Assembly: GCA_002280855.1 (NCBI GenBank)
Contig: NCEU01000006.1
Coordinates: forward strand, 38,090 to 102,089
From: Sphingomonadales bacterium 32-65-25
Lineage (GTDB): Bacteria > Pseudomonadota > Alphaproteobacteria > Sphingomonadales > Sphingomonadaceae
Direction of reading: 5' to 3'
DNA length: 64,000 nt
Of the stretch, positions 10,279 to 19,141 are shown in pieces. A program made the position numbers and the translations under genes. Positions within the stretch are counted from its first letter, which is position 1, and each line of letters starts with the position of its first letter. The notes below the pieces were generated by a model. That model ran no database searches. It saw only the letters and a program-made list of their open reading frames with translations, and was not told where the DNA came from.

Positions 10279-12252
10279 GTGCCCCAACGTCGTCCCGCTC
10301 CGCGCCCGAAACAGTCCCGCTGGTATATCAGCCTCCTGAAGTGGGGGCTGGTGGCCGGGCTCGCGCTGTTCATCGCCTTGGCAGTGGCAGTTGCGCTGGC
10401 TTATCGCGACCTGCCCTCCTTCGACGACATGAAGCGCAGCCCAAATGGCCAGCCGGTGGAAATCCGCGGCGATGATGAAACGGTGCTGGCCAGCTTTGGC
10501 CCCAGCTATGGCGCATGGCTGAGCTATCCGGAGATTCCGGCGACGATGAAGAACGCCATGATCGCGGTGGAAGACCGGCGCTTCTGGTATCACCCCGGCA
10601 TTGATCCGATCGGCATCGTGCGCTCGTTCGTGGTGAACGCGGCGCGCGGCAACAAGGCGCAAGGCGCTTCCACCGTCACCCAGCAGCTGGCGCGCAACCT
10701 GTTCCTCACCGCATCCAAGGATTACACGCGCAAGCTGCGCGAAGTGGTGCTGGCGCTGGCCATCGAGCGCAAGTTTGCCAAGGAAGATATTCTCGAACTC
10801 TATCTGAACCGCGTCTATTTCGGTGGCGGCGCCTATGGCGTGGATGCGGCTTCGCGCAAATTCTATGGCCACAGCGCCCGCCGGCTTTCCCTGGAAGAAG
10901 CTGCCATCATCGCCGGGCTGGTGAAGGCGCCGTCGCGCTTTTCGCCCTCGGCCGATGCAGAAGCGGCCCGCAAGCGCGCAGCCACGGTGATCGCGGTGAT
11001 GGTGGAACAGGGCGGGATCACGCCCGAAGAGGCCACCGCCGCCGATCCGCGCCTGGTGCAGTTTGCGCCGCAGGCCCGCCTGGCCGGGGTGCGCTATTTC
11101 ACTGATTGGGTGCTCACCGAGCTGGAAAATCTGACCGACGAAGCCAATGAGCCGTTGCTGGTGGAAACCACGCTCAACAGCCAGATGCAGCGCGATGCCG
11201 AAGCCGCGATCCGCGCCGAAGCGCCCAAGGGCGCGCAAGGGGCACTGGTGGCGCTGGCCCGCGATGGCGGCGTGAAGGCGATGGTGGGCGGCACCGATTA
11301 TGTGCGCTCCAACTATAATCGGGCGATCGTGGCGCGGCGCCAGCCCGGTTCGGCGTTCAAGTTCTTCGTATACGCCGCCGCGCTGGAAAGCGGCGTGACG
11401 CCCGAAGATATCTACGAAGACAAGCCGGTGAGCATCGGTAACTGGAGCCCGAAGAACGACAATGGCCAATTCATCGGCCCGGTGAGCGTGCGCCAGGCCT
11501 TTGCCCGATCGATCAACACGGTGGCGGTGCAGCTGGCCGAACAGGTTGGCTTTGATACAGTGGCGGAAATGGCCCGCCGCTTCGGCATCACCACGCAGAT
11601 CAGCCGGCAACCGGCGATGGCGCTTGGTTCATCGGAAGTCACCTTGTTCGAAATGACCAACGCCTATGCGACGGTGGCCAACAATGGCCTGGAAAACACG
11701 CCTTTTGCCATCACCCGCATCACCACCGGATCCGGCCGCGTGCTGTACAACCGCAGCGAAGGCGAAACCCGCCAGGTCGTCGCCCCCGTGGTGGCCGCAC
11801 AGATGACGCAGCTGATGCAGGCCGCCGTGGAAGAAGGCACTGCCCGCGCCGCCCAGATCGGCCGGCCCTTGGCAGGCAAGACCGGCACGACCAGCAGCAA
11901 CAAGGATGGCTGGTTCATTGGTTTTTCCAGCGGCATCACCACCGGCGTGTGGATGGGCCGCGATGATGCCAAGGCGGTGCGCGGGCTAGCCGGTGGCCGC
12001 GCGCCAGCCCGCGCCTTTGCCCAGTTCATGGCGCGTGCCGTGGGCGGCACCCCGCCCGAGGCACTGGTGACCGAATTTGCCGATGATACGCTGGGGCCGG
12101 AGCCTGACGCGCAAAGCTATGGCATCACCATGGACGAAGCCCCGCCCATGGACGGCGAAGCCCCTCCCGGCGACGAGCCGCCGCGGCTGGACGACAATTG
12201 GCTGGACAAGACGCTGAAGGAGCCGGCGCAGCCGCAGGCCGAGCCGCGTTAA
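10279..12252 (+). CDS. Class A penicillin-binding protein (PBP1A family)
   Basis: Transglycosylase motifs EDRRFW.H.GID, GASTVTQQLARN, RKLRE; transpeptidase SAFK, SIN, KTG. Confidence 0.95.
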   Translation: MPQRRPAPRPKQSRWYISLLKWGLVAGLALFIALAVAVALAYRDLPSFDDMKRSPNGQPVEIRGDDETVLASFGPSYGAWLSYPEIPATMKNAMIAVEDRRFWYHPGIDPIGIVRSFVVNAARGNKAQGASTVTQQLARNLFLTASKDYTRKLREVVLALAIERKFAKEDILELYLNRVYFGGGAYGVDAASRKFYGHSARRLSLEEAAIIAGLVKAPSRFSPSADAEAARKRAATVIAVMVEQGGITPEEATAADPRLVQFAPQARLAGVRYFTDWVLTELENLTDEANEPLLVETTLNSQMQRDAEAAIRAEAPKGAQGALVALARDGGVKAMVGGTDYVRSNYNRAIVARRQPGSAFKFFVYAAALESGVTPEDIYEDKPVSIGNWSPKNDNGQFIGPVSVRQAFARSINTVAVQLAEQVGFDTVAEMARRFGITTQISRQPAMALGSSEVTLFEMTNAYATVANNGLENTPFAITRITTGSGRVLYNRSEGETRQVVAPVVAAQMTQLMQAAVEEGTARAAQIGRPLAGKTGTTSSNKDGWFIGFSSGITTGVWMGRDDAKAVRGLAGGRAPARAFAQFMARAVGGTPPEALVTEFADDTLGPEPDAQSYGITMDEAPPMDGEAPPGDEPPRLDDNWLDKTLKEPAQPQAEPR

Positions 12253-13016
12253 CGCAGCACGCAGTAGGCCGGCGCGTGATCGCTGGCCTTTTCCTGGCCG
12301 CGCACAGCTTTCATCACGCCGGCATCGGCCAAACGGTCGGCCGCCGCCGGTGACAGCAGCAGGTGATCGATGCGGAAACCGTGGTCGCGTTGCCAGGCCC
12401 CGGCCTGATAATCCCAGAAGCTCCAGATACCCCCAACCGGATGGAGCTGGCGCACGGCATCGGTCCAGCCCTGCCAAAGCAGCTGCCGGTAGGCGGCCAC
12501 CGATTCCGGCTGGCGCAAAGCGTCGTCCCGCATCGCCGTGGTATCCCAGATGTCGTCATCATTGGGGATGACATTGTAATCGCCGGCCAGCACCACGGGC
12601 AGGCCGGTTTCCAGCAGCCGGGCAGCGTGGACGCGCAGCCGCTCCATCCAGGCCAGCTTGTAATCGAACTTGGGGCCCGGCTGCGGGTTGCCGTTTGGAA
12701 GGTAGATGCTCGCCACCCGCACGCCCATCACATCAGCTTCGAGATAGCGGGATTGTTCGTCCGTCTCATCACCAGGCAGACCGCGCTGCACTTCTGTGGC
12801 GGGTTCGCGGCTGAGGATGGCGACGCCGTTGAAGCCCTTCTGGCCGTAGACAAGGCAGTGGTAGCCCGCCTCGCGCAGCGTCTCGACGGGAAAATTCTCC
12901 GTCATCATCTTGATTTCCTGCAGGCAGGCGATGTCGGGCTTGGCCTCCTCCAGCCATTCCAGCAGGCGTGGCAGGCGGGCGTTGGTGCCGTTGATGTTGA
13001 AGGTGGCGATCAGCAT
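12249..13016 (-). CDS. xth: Exodeoxyribonuclease III
   Basis: ATFNING, LQEIK, YLPNGN, GDYNV, RIDHLLLS, SDHAP. Confidence 0.96.
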   Translation of the reverse strand: MLIATFNINGTNARLPRLLEWLEEAKPDIACLQEIKMMTENFPVETLREAGYHCLVYGQKGFNGVAILSREPATEVQRGLPGDETDEQSRYLEADVMGVRVASIYLPNGNPQPGPKFDYKLAWMERLRVHAARLLETGLPVVLAGDYNVIPNDDDIWDTTAMRDDALRQPESVAAYRQLLWQGWTDAVRQLHPVGGIWSFWDYQAGAWQRDHGFRIDHLLLSPAAADRLADAGVMKAVRGQEKASDHAPAYCVLR

Positions 13017-13033
13017 GGGTGAACCCTAGGCGC

Positions 13034-14617
13034 TCAGGTGGCGAGCTTCAACAGCGCCGCGATCGTATCGGCCTCTATCGCCGGCTTGTCGGTGCGGATA
13101 CGCGAAATGCGCGGGAAACGCATGGCGAGGCCGGACTTATGGCGGCTGGAGGCGTGGAGCGAGTCGAACGCGACTTCCAGCACCAGCGATTTTTCCACCT
13201 CCCGCACCGGGCCGAATTTCTGCATCGTGTGCCCGCGCACGAACTTGTCCAGCATCGCCAGTTCGGCATCGGTGAAGCCGCTGTAGGCCTTGCCGACCGG
13301 CAGCAACTGGCCATCCGGCGTCCAACACCCAAACGTGAAATCGCTGTAGAGGCTCGACCGTTTGCCGTGGCCGCGCTGGGCATACATCAGCACGCAATCG
13401 GCAGTGAGCGCGCTGCGCTTCCATTTGAACCACTGGCCAGCTTTGCGCCCCGCCACATAGGGTGCGTCCCGACGTTTCAGCATCAGGCCCTCAATGGCGG
13501 CATCACGGGCGGCATCGCGCAGGGTGGCCAGATCGGCCCAGCTTCCGGCCTCCACCAGCGGCGACAGCTCAAACCGGGCCGGATCAAGGCCGGGCATCAC
13601 TGACTCCAGCCGGGCGCGACGCGCCGTCCACGGTAAGGCGCGCAGATCCTCGCCAACATGGGACAGCAGATCATAGGCGCGGATGAAGGCCGGGCGCTCG
13701 GCCATCAGCTTCGCTGTCGGCGCCTTGCGGCCCAGGCGTTGCTGCAAGGCATTGAAACTGCCGGAGGCGGCCACCCTATCTGCCTGCCCCTCCCCCCGCA
13801 CCAGCAGTTCGCCATCCAGCGCCAGCGGCGCTTGCAAGGCCTGCGCCACATCGGGGAAGCTGGCCGAAATATCGTCGCCGGTGCGGCTGAACAGCCGGGT
13901 CTGGCCGCCGGCGTGGACGATCTGGACGCGGATGCCATCCCATTTCCATTCGGCGGCATGGTCGGCCAGATCGAGCGTCGCCCCGTCTTCCAGCGGACTG
14001 GCCAGCATGAATGGGCGGAACACCGGAACGTCGCCGGCGGTGGGCGGCGGCGCGGCGCCGGTGGCCCATGAGAACAGCGGTGTGAACGGCGGTGTCAGGC
14101 TGTGCCAGACTTCCTCAACCGCTTCCACATCCAGGTCAAAACCCTGTGCCAGCCCGGTCTTCGCCAGCCGTGCCGATACGCCAACCCTCAGCGCGCCGGT
14201 GGCCAGCTTGATGAGAGAATAACGGCCCTGCACATCCAGCCGGTCGAGCAGCGCCGCGACCGCCGCCGGTGCTTGACCACGCGACAGACCGGAAAGCTGG
14301 ACGACCACTTCGTCGAGCGCGGGTGACGGTGGCTTTTCGCCCGGCGGATCAGGCCACAGCAACGAAATCGTCTCCGCCATGTCACCCACGAAATCATGGG
14401 ACAGCGCAAACAGGGTCGCATCAACCCGTTCGGCCATCAGCGCCTTGAGCAGACTGGGCTGCACCGCCTTCAGATCAATCGTGCTGGTCAGCGCCGCCAG
14501 CGCCCAGCCGCGATCGGGATCAGGCGTGGCCACCAGATAGTCCGCGATCAACCGCAACTTGGCGGTGCGACTGCGCGTGTAGAGCAGCGCATCGAGCAGG
14601 CGGGCAAAGGATTCCAT
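13034..14617 (-). CDS. ATP-dependent DNA ligase (PP_1105 / cisplatin-damage family)
   Basis: Motif I EWKWDGIR, LDGELLV, EGLMLKR, YVAGR..GQWFKWK, LMYAQRG.GKRSS, AMRFPRI. Confidence 0.93.
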   Translation of the reverse strand: MESFARLLDALLYTRSRTAKLRLIADYLVATPDPDRGWALAALTSTIDLKAVQPSLLKALMAERVDATLFALSHDFVGDMAETISLLWPDPPGEKPPSPALDEVVVQLSGLSRGQAPAAVAALLDRLDVQGRYSLIKLATGALRVGVSARLAKTGLAQGFDLDVEAVEEVWHSLTPPFTPLFSWATGAAPPPTAGDVPVFRPFMLASPLEDGATLDLADHAAEWKWDGIRVQIVHAGGQTRLFSRTGDDISASFPDVAQALQAPLALDGELLVRGEGQADRVAASGSFNALQQRLGRKAPTAKLMAERPAFIRAYDLLSHVGEDLRALPWTARRARLESVMPGLDPARFELSPLVEAGSWADLATLRDAARDAAIEGLMLKRRDAPYVAGRKAGQWFKWKRSALTADCVLMYAQRGHGKRSSLYSDFTFGCWTPDGQLLPVGKAYSGFTDAELAMLDKFVRGHTMQKFGPVREVEKSLVLEVAFDSLHASSRHKSGLAMRFPRISRIRTDKPAIEADTIAALLKLAT

Positions 14618-14669
14618 CGGCAATCAGCCCATTAGCATGACCGCCTCAGTTGCGCTAAGGCGCTCAGGG

Positions 14670-15392
14670 ATGAGAATGCGCGATCTTGAAAAGGCCAGTG
14701 GCGTCGGCCGGGAAACCATCCGATTCTACATCCGCGAAGGCCTGTTGCCGGAACCGGACAAGACCAGCCCGAACAGCGCACGTTACACCGATGTGCATGT
14801 CGCGCGGCTGAAGGCGATCAAGCGCCTGCAGGAAGAACGCTTCCTGCCGCTGGCCGTGATCCGCACCCTGCTGGAGGCCGACGATGGCGACCGCTGGCTG
14901 CTGCCCGAAGTGTTTCCCACGCTGGATGCCCTGCTCGCCCAGCGGCTTGAAGACGGCGGCCCGGCGCGGGTGGTCTTTGACGATCTTGGCCTGCCGCCGC
15001 ACAGCCGCGAACATCTCGATGATCTGATGATCCCGCTGGCCGAAGACGGCACTGTCACCGCCCGGGATGCGGCCATATTGCGCACGGTGCAGCGGCTCGA
15101 CGATATCGGCTTCACACCGGAACTGGGTTTTGATGGCGGCCAGATGCGCCTGTACAACGTCCTGATCGACTGGCTGACCGCCCAAGAAGTCCGCCACTTT
15201 CTGGAGCACACCGCCGGCCATGTTGGCGAAGCCAAGGCCTTGGACATGGCCGAACAGGGCATTTCAGTGGTCAACGAACTGCTCGGCCAGTTGCGCACAC
15301 GGGCGCTGCTGCGGAAGCTCGCCGAACGGCGGACTATCGCCAACCCGGGCGCCAACCCGGGCACCAACCCGGGCGCCAACAACAATGGGTGA
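14670..15392 (+). CDS. MerR family transcriptional regulator
   Basis: MRMRDLEKASGVGRETIRFYIREGLLP...ARYT..HV.RL..I..LQ..RFLPL..I. Confidence 0.9.
   Translation: MRMRDLEKASGVGRETIRFYIREGLLPEPDKTSPNSARYTDVHVARLKAIKRLQEERFLPLAVIRTLLEADDGDRWLLPEVFPTLDALLAQRLEDGGPARVVFDDLGLPPHSREHLDDLMIPLAEDGTVTARDAAILRTVQRLDDIGFTPELGFDGGQMRLYNVLIDWLTAQEVRHFLEHTAGHVGEAKALDMAEQGISVVNELLGQLRTRALLRKLAERRTIANPGANPGTNPGANNNG
15339..15380 (+). repeat. 12-bp tandem repeat, 3.5 copies (encodes NPGA-NPGT-NPGA)
   Basis: gccaacccgggc gccaacccgggc accaacccgggc gccaac. Confidence 0.95.
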
Positions 15393-16485
15393 AGGACAGG
15401 CTTTGCACAAATCCACATGGCTTCTGGCCGCTGCCATGCTGCTGGCCGGCACGACGCTGCATGCGCAGCCCGTTGAACCTGCTGCGACAAGCCAGGTGCG
15501 CATATTGGCTACCGGCGGCACCATTGCCGGCAAGGGCAATGCGGCGGGCACCAGCTATCGCTCAGGCGCCGTTTCCGTTGACGATCTGATTGCCGCGCTG
15601 CCGGGGGTCGACAAGATTGCCCGGGTTACCGGCGAGCAGATCGCCAACGTGGCGAGCGGCGACATGGACGAAACCATCTGGCGCAGGCTCCATGCCCGCG
15701 CGCTGGCCGCGTTTGCTGATCCTGATGTGGCCGGCGTGGTCGTCACGCATGGCACCGACACGCTGGAGGAAACCGCCTTTCTGCTCAGCCTGATTCTGCC
15801 GCCGACCAAGCCGGTGGTGGTGGTCGGCGCGATGCGGCCCAGCACCGCCGTTTCCGCCGACGGGCCACAAAACATGCTGGATGCGATCCGGGTGGTGACC
15901 TCGCCCGCTTCGGCTGGGCGCGGCGTGATGGTGGTGATGAACGACACGATCTTCGATCCGCGTTCCGTCACCAAATTTGACGTGAACCGCGTCGATGCGT
16001 TCACCGCCCCCAGCCGCGGCCCGATTGGGCAAGTGCTTGGCCTGGCACCGCGCTATTTCGGGCCGCCGCAGCCGCAGCCCGACATGCTGGCTCTGGGCGA
16101 AGCCAAGCTGCCGCGCATTGCGGTGGTTTATGCCTATGCCGGCCAGACCGAAGACGAAGTGCGCGACATCGTGCGCAATGCCGATGGCGTGATTGTGGCC
16201 GGTGTTGGCGCCGGCGGCGTTTCCAGCGGCGCCCGCAAGGCGCTGCGGGCGCTGGCGGAAAAGAAGATTCCGATGGTCACCACGCCGCGCCAAGGCCACG
16301 GCGACATCCGGCGTTCGGAACCGACGCCAGCAGCGAATTCGGATGATGATGATCGGGTGCCGACGATCGGCGGCCGCGAACTGACACCGGCCAAGGCGCG
16401 TATCCTGCTGATGCTGGCCCTGCAGCAGCGGCGGACATTCGCCGAACTGCAGGCGATCTTCGACCGGGCCGGCACAACGAACTAA
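15385..16485 (+). CDS. Secreted type II L-asparaginase/glutaminase
   Basis: Signal peptide, ATGGTIAG, HGTDTLEET, GAMRP, PAKARILLMLAL; start overlaps the MerR stop. Confidence 0.93.
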   Translation: MGEGQALHKSTWLLAAAMLLAGTTLHAQPVEPAATSQVRILATGGTIAGKGNAAGTSYRSGAVSVDDLIAALPGVDKIARVTGEQIANVASGDMDETIWRRLHARALAAFADPDVAGVVVTHGTDTLEETAFLLSLILPPTKPVVVVGAMRPSTAVSADGPQNMLDAIRVVTSPASAGRGVMVVMNDTIFDPRSVTKFDVNRVDAFTAPSRGPIGQVLGLAPRYFGPPQPQPDMLALGEAKLPRIAVVYAYAGQTEDEVRDIVRNADGVIVAGVGAGGVSSGARKALRALAEKKIPMVTTPRQGHGDIRRSEPTPAANSDDDDRVPTIGGRELTPAKARILLMLALQQRRTFAELQAIFDRAGTTN

Positions 16486-17651
16486 AAGCCCGCGGATACG
16501 GTCAGCACCGGCCCACTGCCCGGCGCAGCATTGCCGCCCACGCGTTGCCGCCAATCAGCTTCGATGCGGATACCCTTCACGCTGGCGCTGAGTGAGGGGC
16601 CGACATCCACGCGCCAGACATCGGGCGTACCCGTCTGCACGCTGGCCCAGGTGGCGGCGTTCAGCGTTGCCGGGCCAAACCGTACGATGCGGGCGCGCGC
16701 CTGGCCGCCGGCATAGACCTGGCCTGTGTCGAGCACGCCGGCTTCGCCATAGGCTTCCAGCCGTTGCCCCAAAGGCTTCAACCGTGCACCGGCAGCCAGG
16801 CGAGCCGTGAAGGCACCTTGCGTCGCCGCACCCAGCGGAATCAGGCGCTCGACTGAAAGTGACACGCCCGGCAGCAGCGTCTGCCGCAACCCAAGTGCCA
16901 GTTGTGCGGTCTCACCGCGCACGCCCTGTGGATCGGCAGCGACATTGGTCCGCGCCACCAGTGCCAGCGGCCGGCGCGCATAGGGATCGGTGACAAAGGC
17001 GATACTGCCCCCCACCTGCCCACCGCCCAGCACCGGCGACGCAGCAAAGCCGGGCAATCCATTGCCCGGCTGATTTGGCAGCGGCCCGCCATCACGCAGC
17101 AGGGCAAAGCCACCCAACTGCCAACGCCGGCCCAGCGCGGCACGATCCGCCAGCCATTGGCGATTGCCCGGCTGCAGGGCCAGCGCCGCATCGAACAAAG
17201 CGGCGGCCTGGCGGCGCTGACCGGCGCGCAGCCGGTCGTAGGCCGCGTTTGCCAGGGTGAAGGCCGGATCGAGTGGCGGCACGCTGGCAGGCGGAACAGC
17301 GAGTAGCGCTGAGGACGGTGCTGGCGGCGGCAGTGGCGCGGGCTGCGGTGTCCGGCTAGCCGCTGGCAGGGATTGGCTGGCAGCGAGTATCAACGGCGCA
17401 GGCAGCGCCAGCAAAGGCGGCGGCGGCGCCGACCGGTGCAACGGTGCCATTACGGGGCCATCCGGCAGATTCCCCCTGCTCGGAACGGGCATGCGGGGCG
17501 GCTTTGCCCGGGCTGTACCCGTCGCCAGCCGTGCCAGCGCCTGCAGATCGTGCTGCATCGCCGGCAGCCGCATGCCGATCCACAGTGCCAGCAGCAGCCC
17601 CAGCCCGGTGAAGGCCCGCAGCGGCCGGCCAGTCAGGCCCGCAGCCTTCAT
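16482..17651 (-). CDS. Hypothetical NfrA-like export protein (anchor, Pro-rich linker, TPR-like pair, probable beta-barrel)
   Basis: Hydrophobic N-terminus, AAALFDAALALQPGN TPR-like segment, alternating beta-strand pattern, C-terminal LTVSAGF; ATGA overlap with the upstream glycosyltransferase. Confidence 0.65.
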   Translation of the reverse strand: MKAAGLTGRPLRAFTGLGLLLALWIGMRLPAMQHDLQALARLATGTARAKPPRMPVPSRGNLPDGPVMAPLHRSAPPPPLLALPAPLILAASQSLPAASRTPQPAPLPPPAPSSALLAVPPASVPPLDPAFTLANAAYDRLRAGQRRQAAALFDAALALQPGNRQWLADRAALGRRWQLGGFALLRDGGPLPNQPGNGLPGFAASPVLGGGQVGGSIAFVTDPYARRPLALVARTNVAADPQGVRGETAQLALGLRQTLLPGVSLSVERLIPLGAATQGAFTARLAAGARLKPLGQRLEAYGEAGVLDTGQVYAGGQARARIVRFGPATLNAATWASVQTGTPDVWRVDVGPSLSASVKGIRIEADWRQRVGGNAAPGSGPVLTVSAGF

Positions 17652-19018
17652 GGGGAAAAGCCGGGGAAACGGTGGATCGTCTTGTCCCACGCCAGGCGGC
17701 GGCCTGTTCGCACCGCCTGGGCATAGCGCGACAGCGCGCGCAGTGCCGCCATGGCGTTGATGAAATTGCCGATCAGCGCGCGTGGCGGCGTCAATATCGC
17801 TTGGTTCAGGTCATGCACGCGCAAGGTGAACAGCGCCCGCACCAGCAGCCGCCAGCACAGCAGGGTCCAGTTCAGCCACAGCAGCGCCCGCGTGACGTCG
17901 CCCGCCACTGGCGGCATCCGCGCCGCCGCTGGCAACGCCAGCCGCAGCAGGCTATCGATGCCGAGCAGCAGGGCGATGCCATAAGCAGCCAGCGTCAGCA
18001 GCGCCATCAACGGCGCCTTACGATCGCGCAGCAGCATCCAGCGGTTGACCAGCCCACCGCGCCACCCGATCCGATCCCAGCCGGCCAGCGCGATGCCAGT
18101 GAGCCAGCGCGCTTTCTGCCGCACGGCCGCATCAAAGCTGGCCGGAAAATGCTCCCGCGTTGCCACCGGCTGGCCATCGGCGTTCACCCACACCAGCCGA
18201 CCACGCCCGCCAAGTGCGTGAACATGTTGGCCCAGTTCATAATCCTCGGTCAGGCTGGCGGCATCAAAGGGGGCGCCATCGCGGGCATCGGCAATGCGGC
18301 CCACCATGGCCCGATCGATGGCAACCCCCACGCCGGCCGCCGGCACCGCCGCGTCCAGCCACTGCCGCACCAGCAGATCCTTGGCATGCGCCTCTGCAAA
18401 TTCATCGATATAATGGCCGGAAATCAACGGGCTGGCAGCATCAGGCAAAGGCAGCACCGGCAATTGCACCATGGCATATTCCGGCAAATGGGCTGCAAAC
18501 ACTGCCAGTTCGCAGGCGTGCACCAGATCTTCGGCATCATGCAGCACCATGGCCGCAAACGCCCGGCCGCTGGCTGCCTCCTCTGCCAGAACCGCCCGCC
18601 ACAGGCTGTTCAGGCAATCGGCCTTGGTGGTGGGGCCAGGCGTGGCGCCAATCGCTACGTGCAGGCGCGCATCGTCCAGCGCCGCCACCGCCGCCTGACC
18701 TTTCGGATCATTGGGATAAAGGCCAACGAACACGGCATAATCCGGCCAGTCCAGCGTGGCCAGCAGGCGCTGCAACATGGCACCGATGACCGCCGATTCA
18801 TCCCAGGCCGGGATCAGGATGGCAAAGCGCGCTGACGGCGGTGCGGGCGGCAGCGGTTGCGCCAGAGGCTGGGGCGCACGCTGGTGGCGCGGCATCATCA
18901 GCCACAGCACATCGATGGCGAGATCATCCAGGCCGTTGATGGCCACCAGCAGCGCTACCAGCAACAAGGCTTCGGCCAGCGCGACATGCCACAGGGCCAG
19001 CAATTCAGGCAGCATCAT
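17648..19018 (-). CDS. NfrB-like GT2 glycosyltransferase (polysaccharide synthase)
   Basis: IPAWDES.VI, GPTTKADCLN, LHDAED, SLTEDYELG, RQKARW, flanking TM helices. Confidence 0.88.
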   Translation of the reverse strand: MMLPELLALWHVALAEALLLVALLVAINGLDDLAIDVLWLMMPRHQRAPQPLAQPLPPAPPSARFAILIPAWDESAVIGAMLQRLLATLDWPDYAVFVGLYPNDPKGQAAVAALDDARLHVAIGATPGPTTKADCLNSLWRAVLAEEAASGRAFAAMVLHDAEDLVHACELAVFAAHLPEYAMVQLPVLPLPDAASPLISGHYIDEFAEAHAKDLLVRQWLDAAVPAAGVGVAIDRAMVGRIADARDGAPFDAASLTEDYELGQHVHALGGRGRLVWVNADGQPVATREHFPASFDAAVRQKARWLTGIALAGWDRIGWRGGLVNRWMLLRDRKAPLMALLTLAAYGIALLLGIDSLLRLALPAAARMPPVAGDVTRALLWLNWTLLCWRLLVRALFTLRVHDLNQAILTPPRALIGNFINAMAALRALSRYAQAVRTGRRLAWDKTIHRFPGFSP

Positions 19019-19040
19019 GGTGGCAAGTTCTTGAAGGGGT

Positions 19041-19115
19041 GGATGCCCCGGCCTTCACCATAATCTGCGCACGGGGAGGGCCGTTTGCAGGTGGATTCAG
19101 CAGACCGGGGCATCC
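19041..19115. other. Long inverted repeat / candidate structured leader RNA upstream of the nfrB-like gene
   Basis: GGATGCCCCGG (19041-19051) and CCGGGGCATCC (19105-19115), with inner TCTGC/GCAGA pairing. Confidence 0.55.
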
Positions 19116-19141
19116 TCGGCAGGAAAGCGACAGACGCAGGG

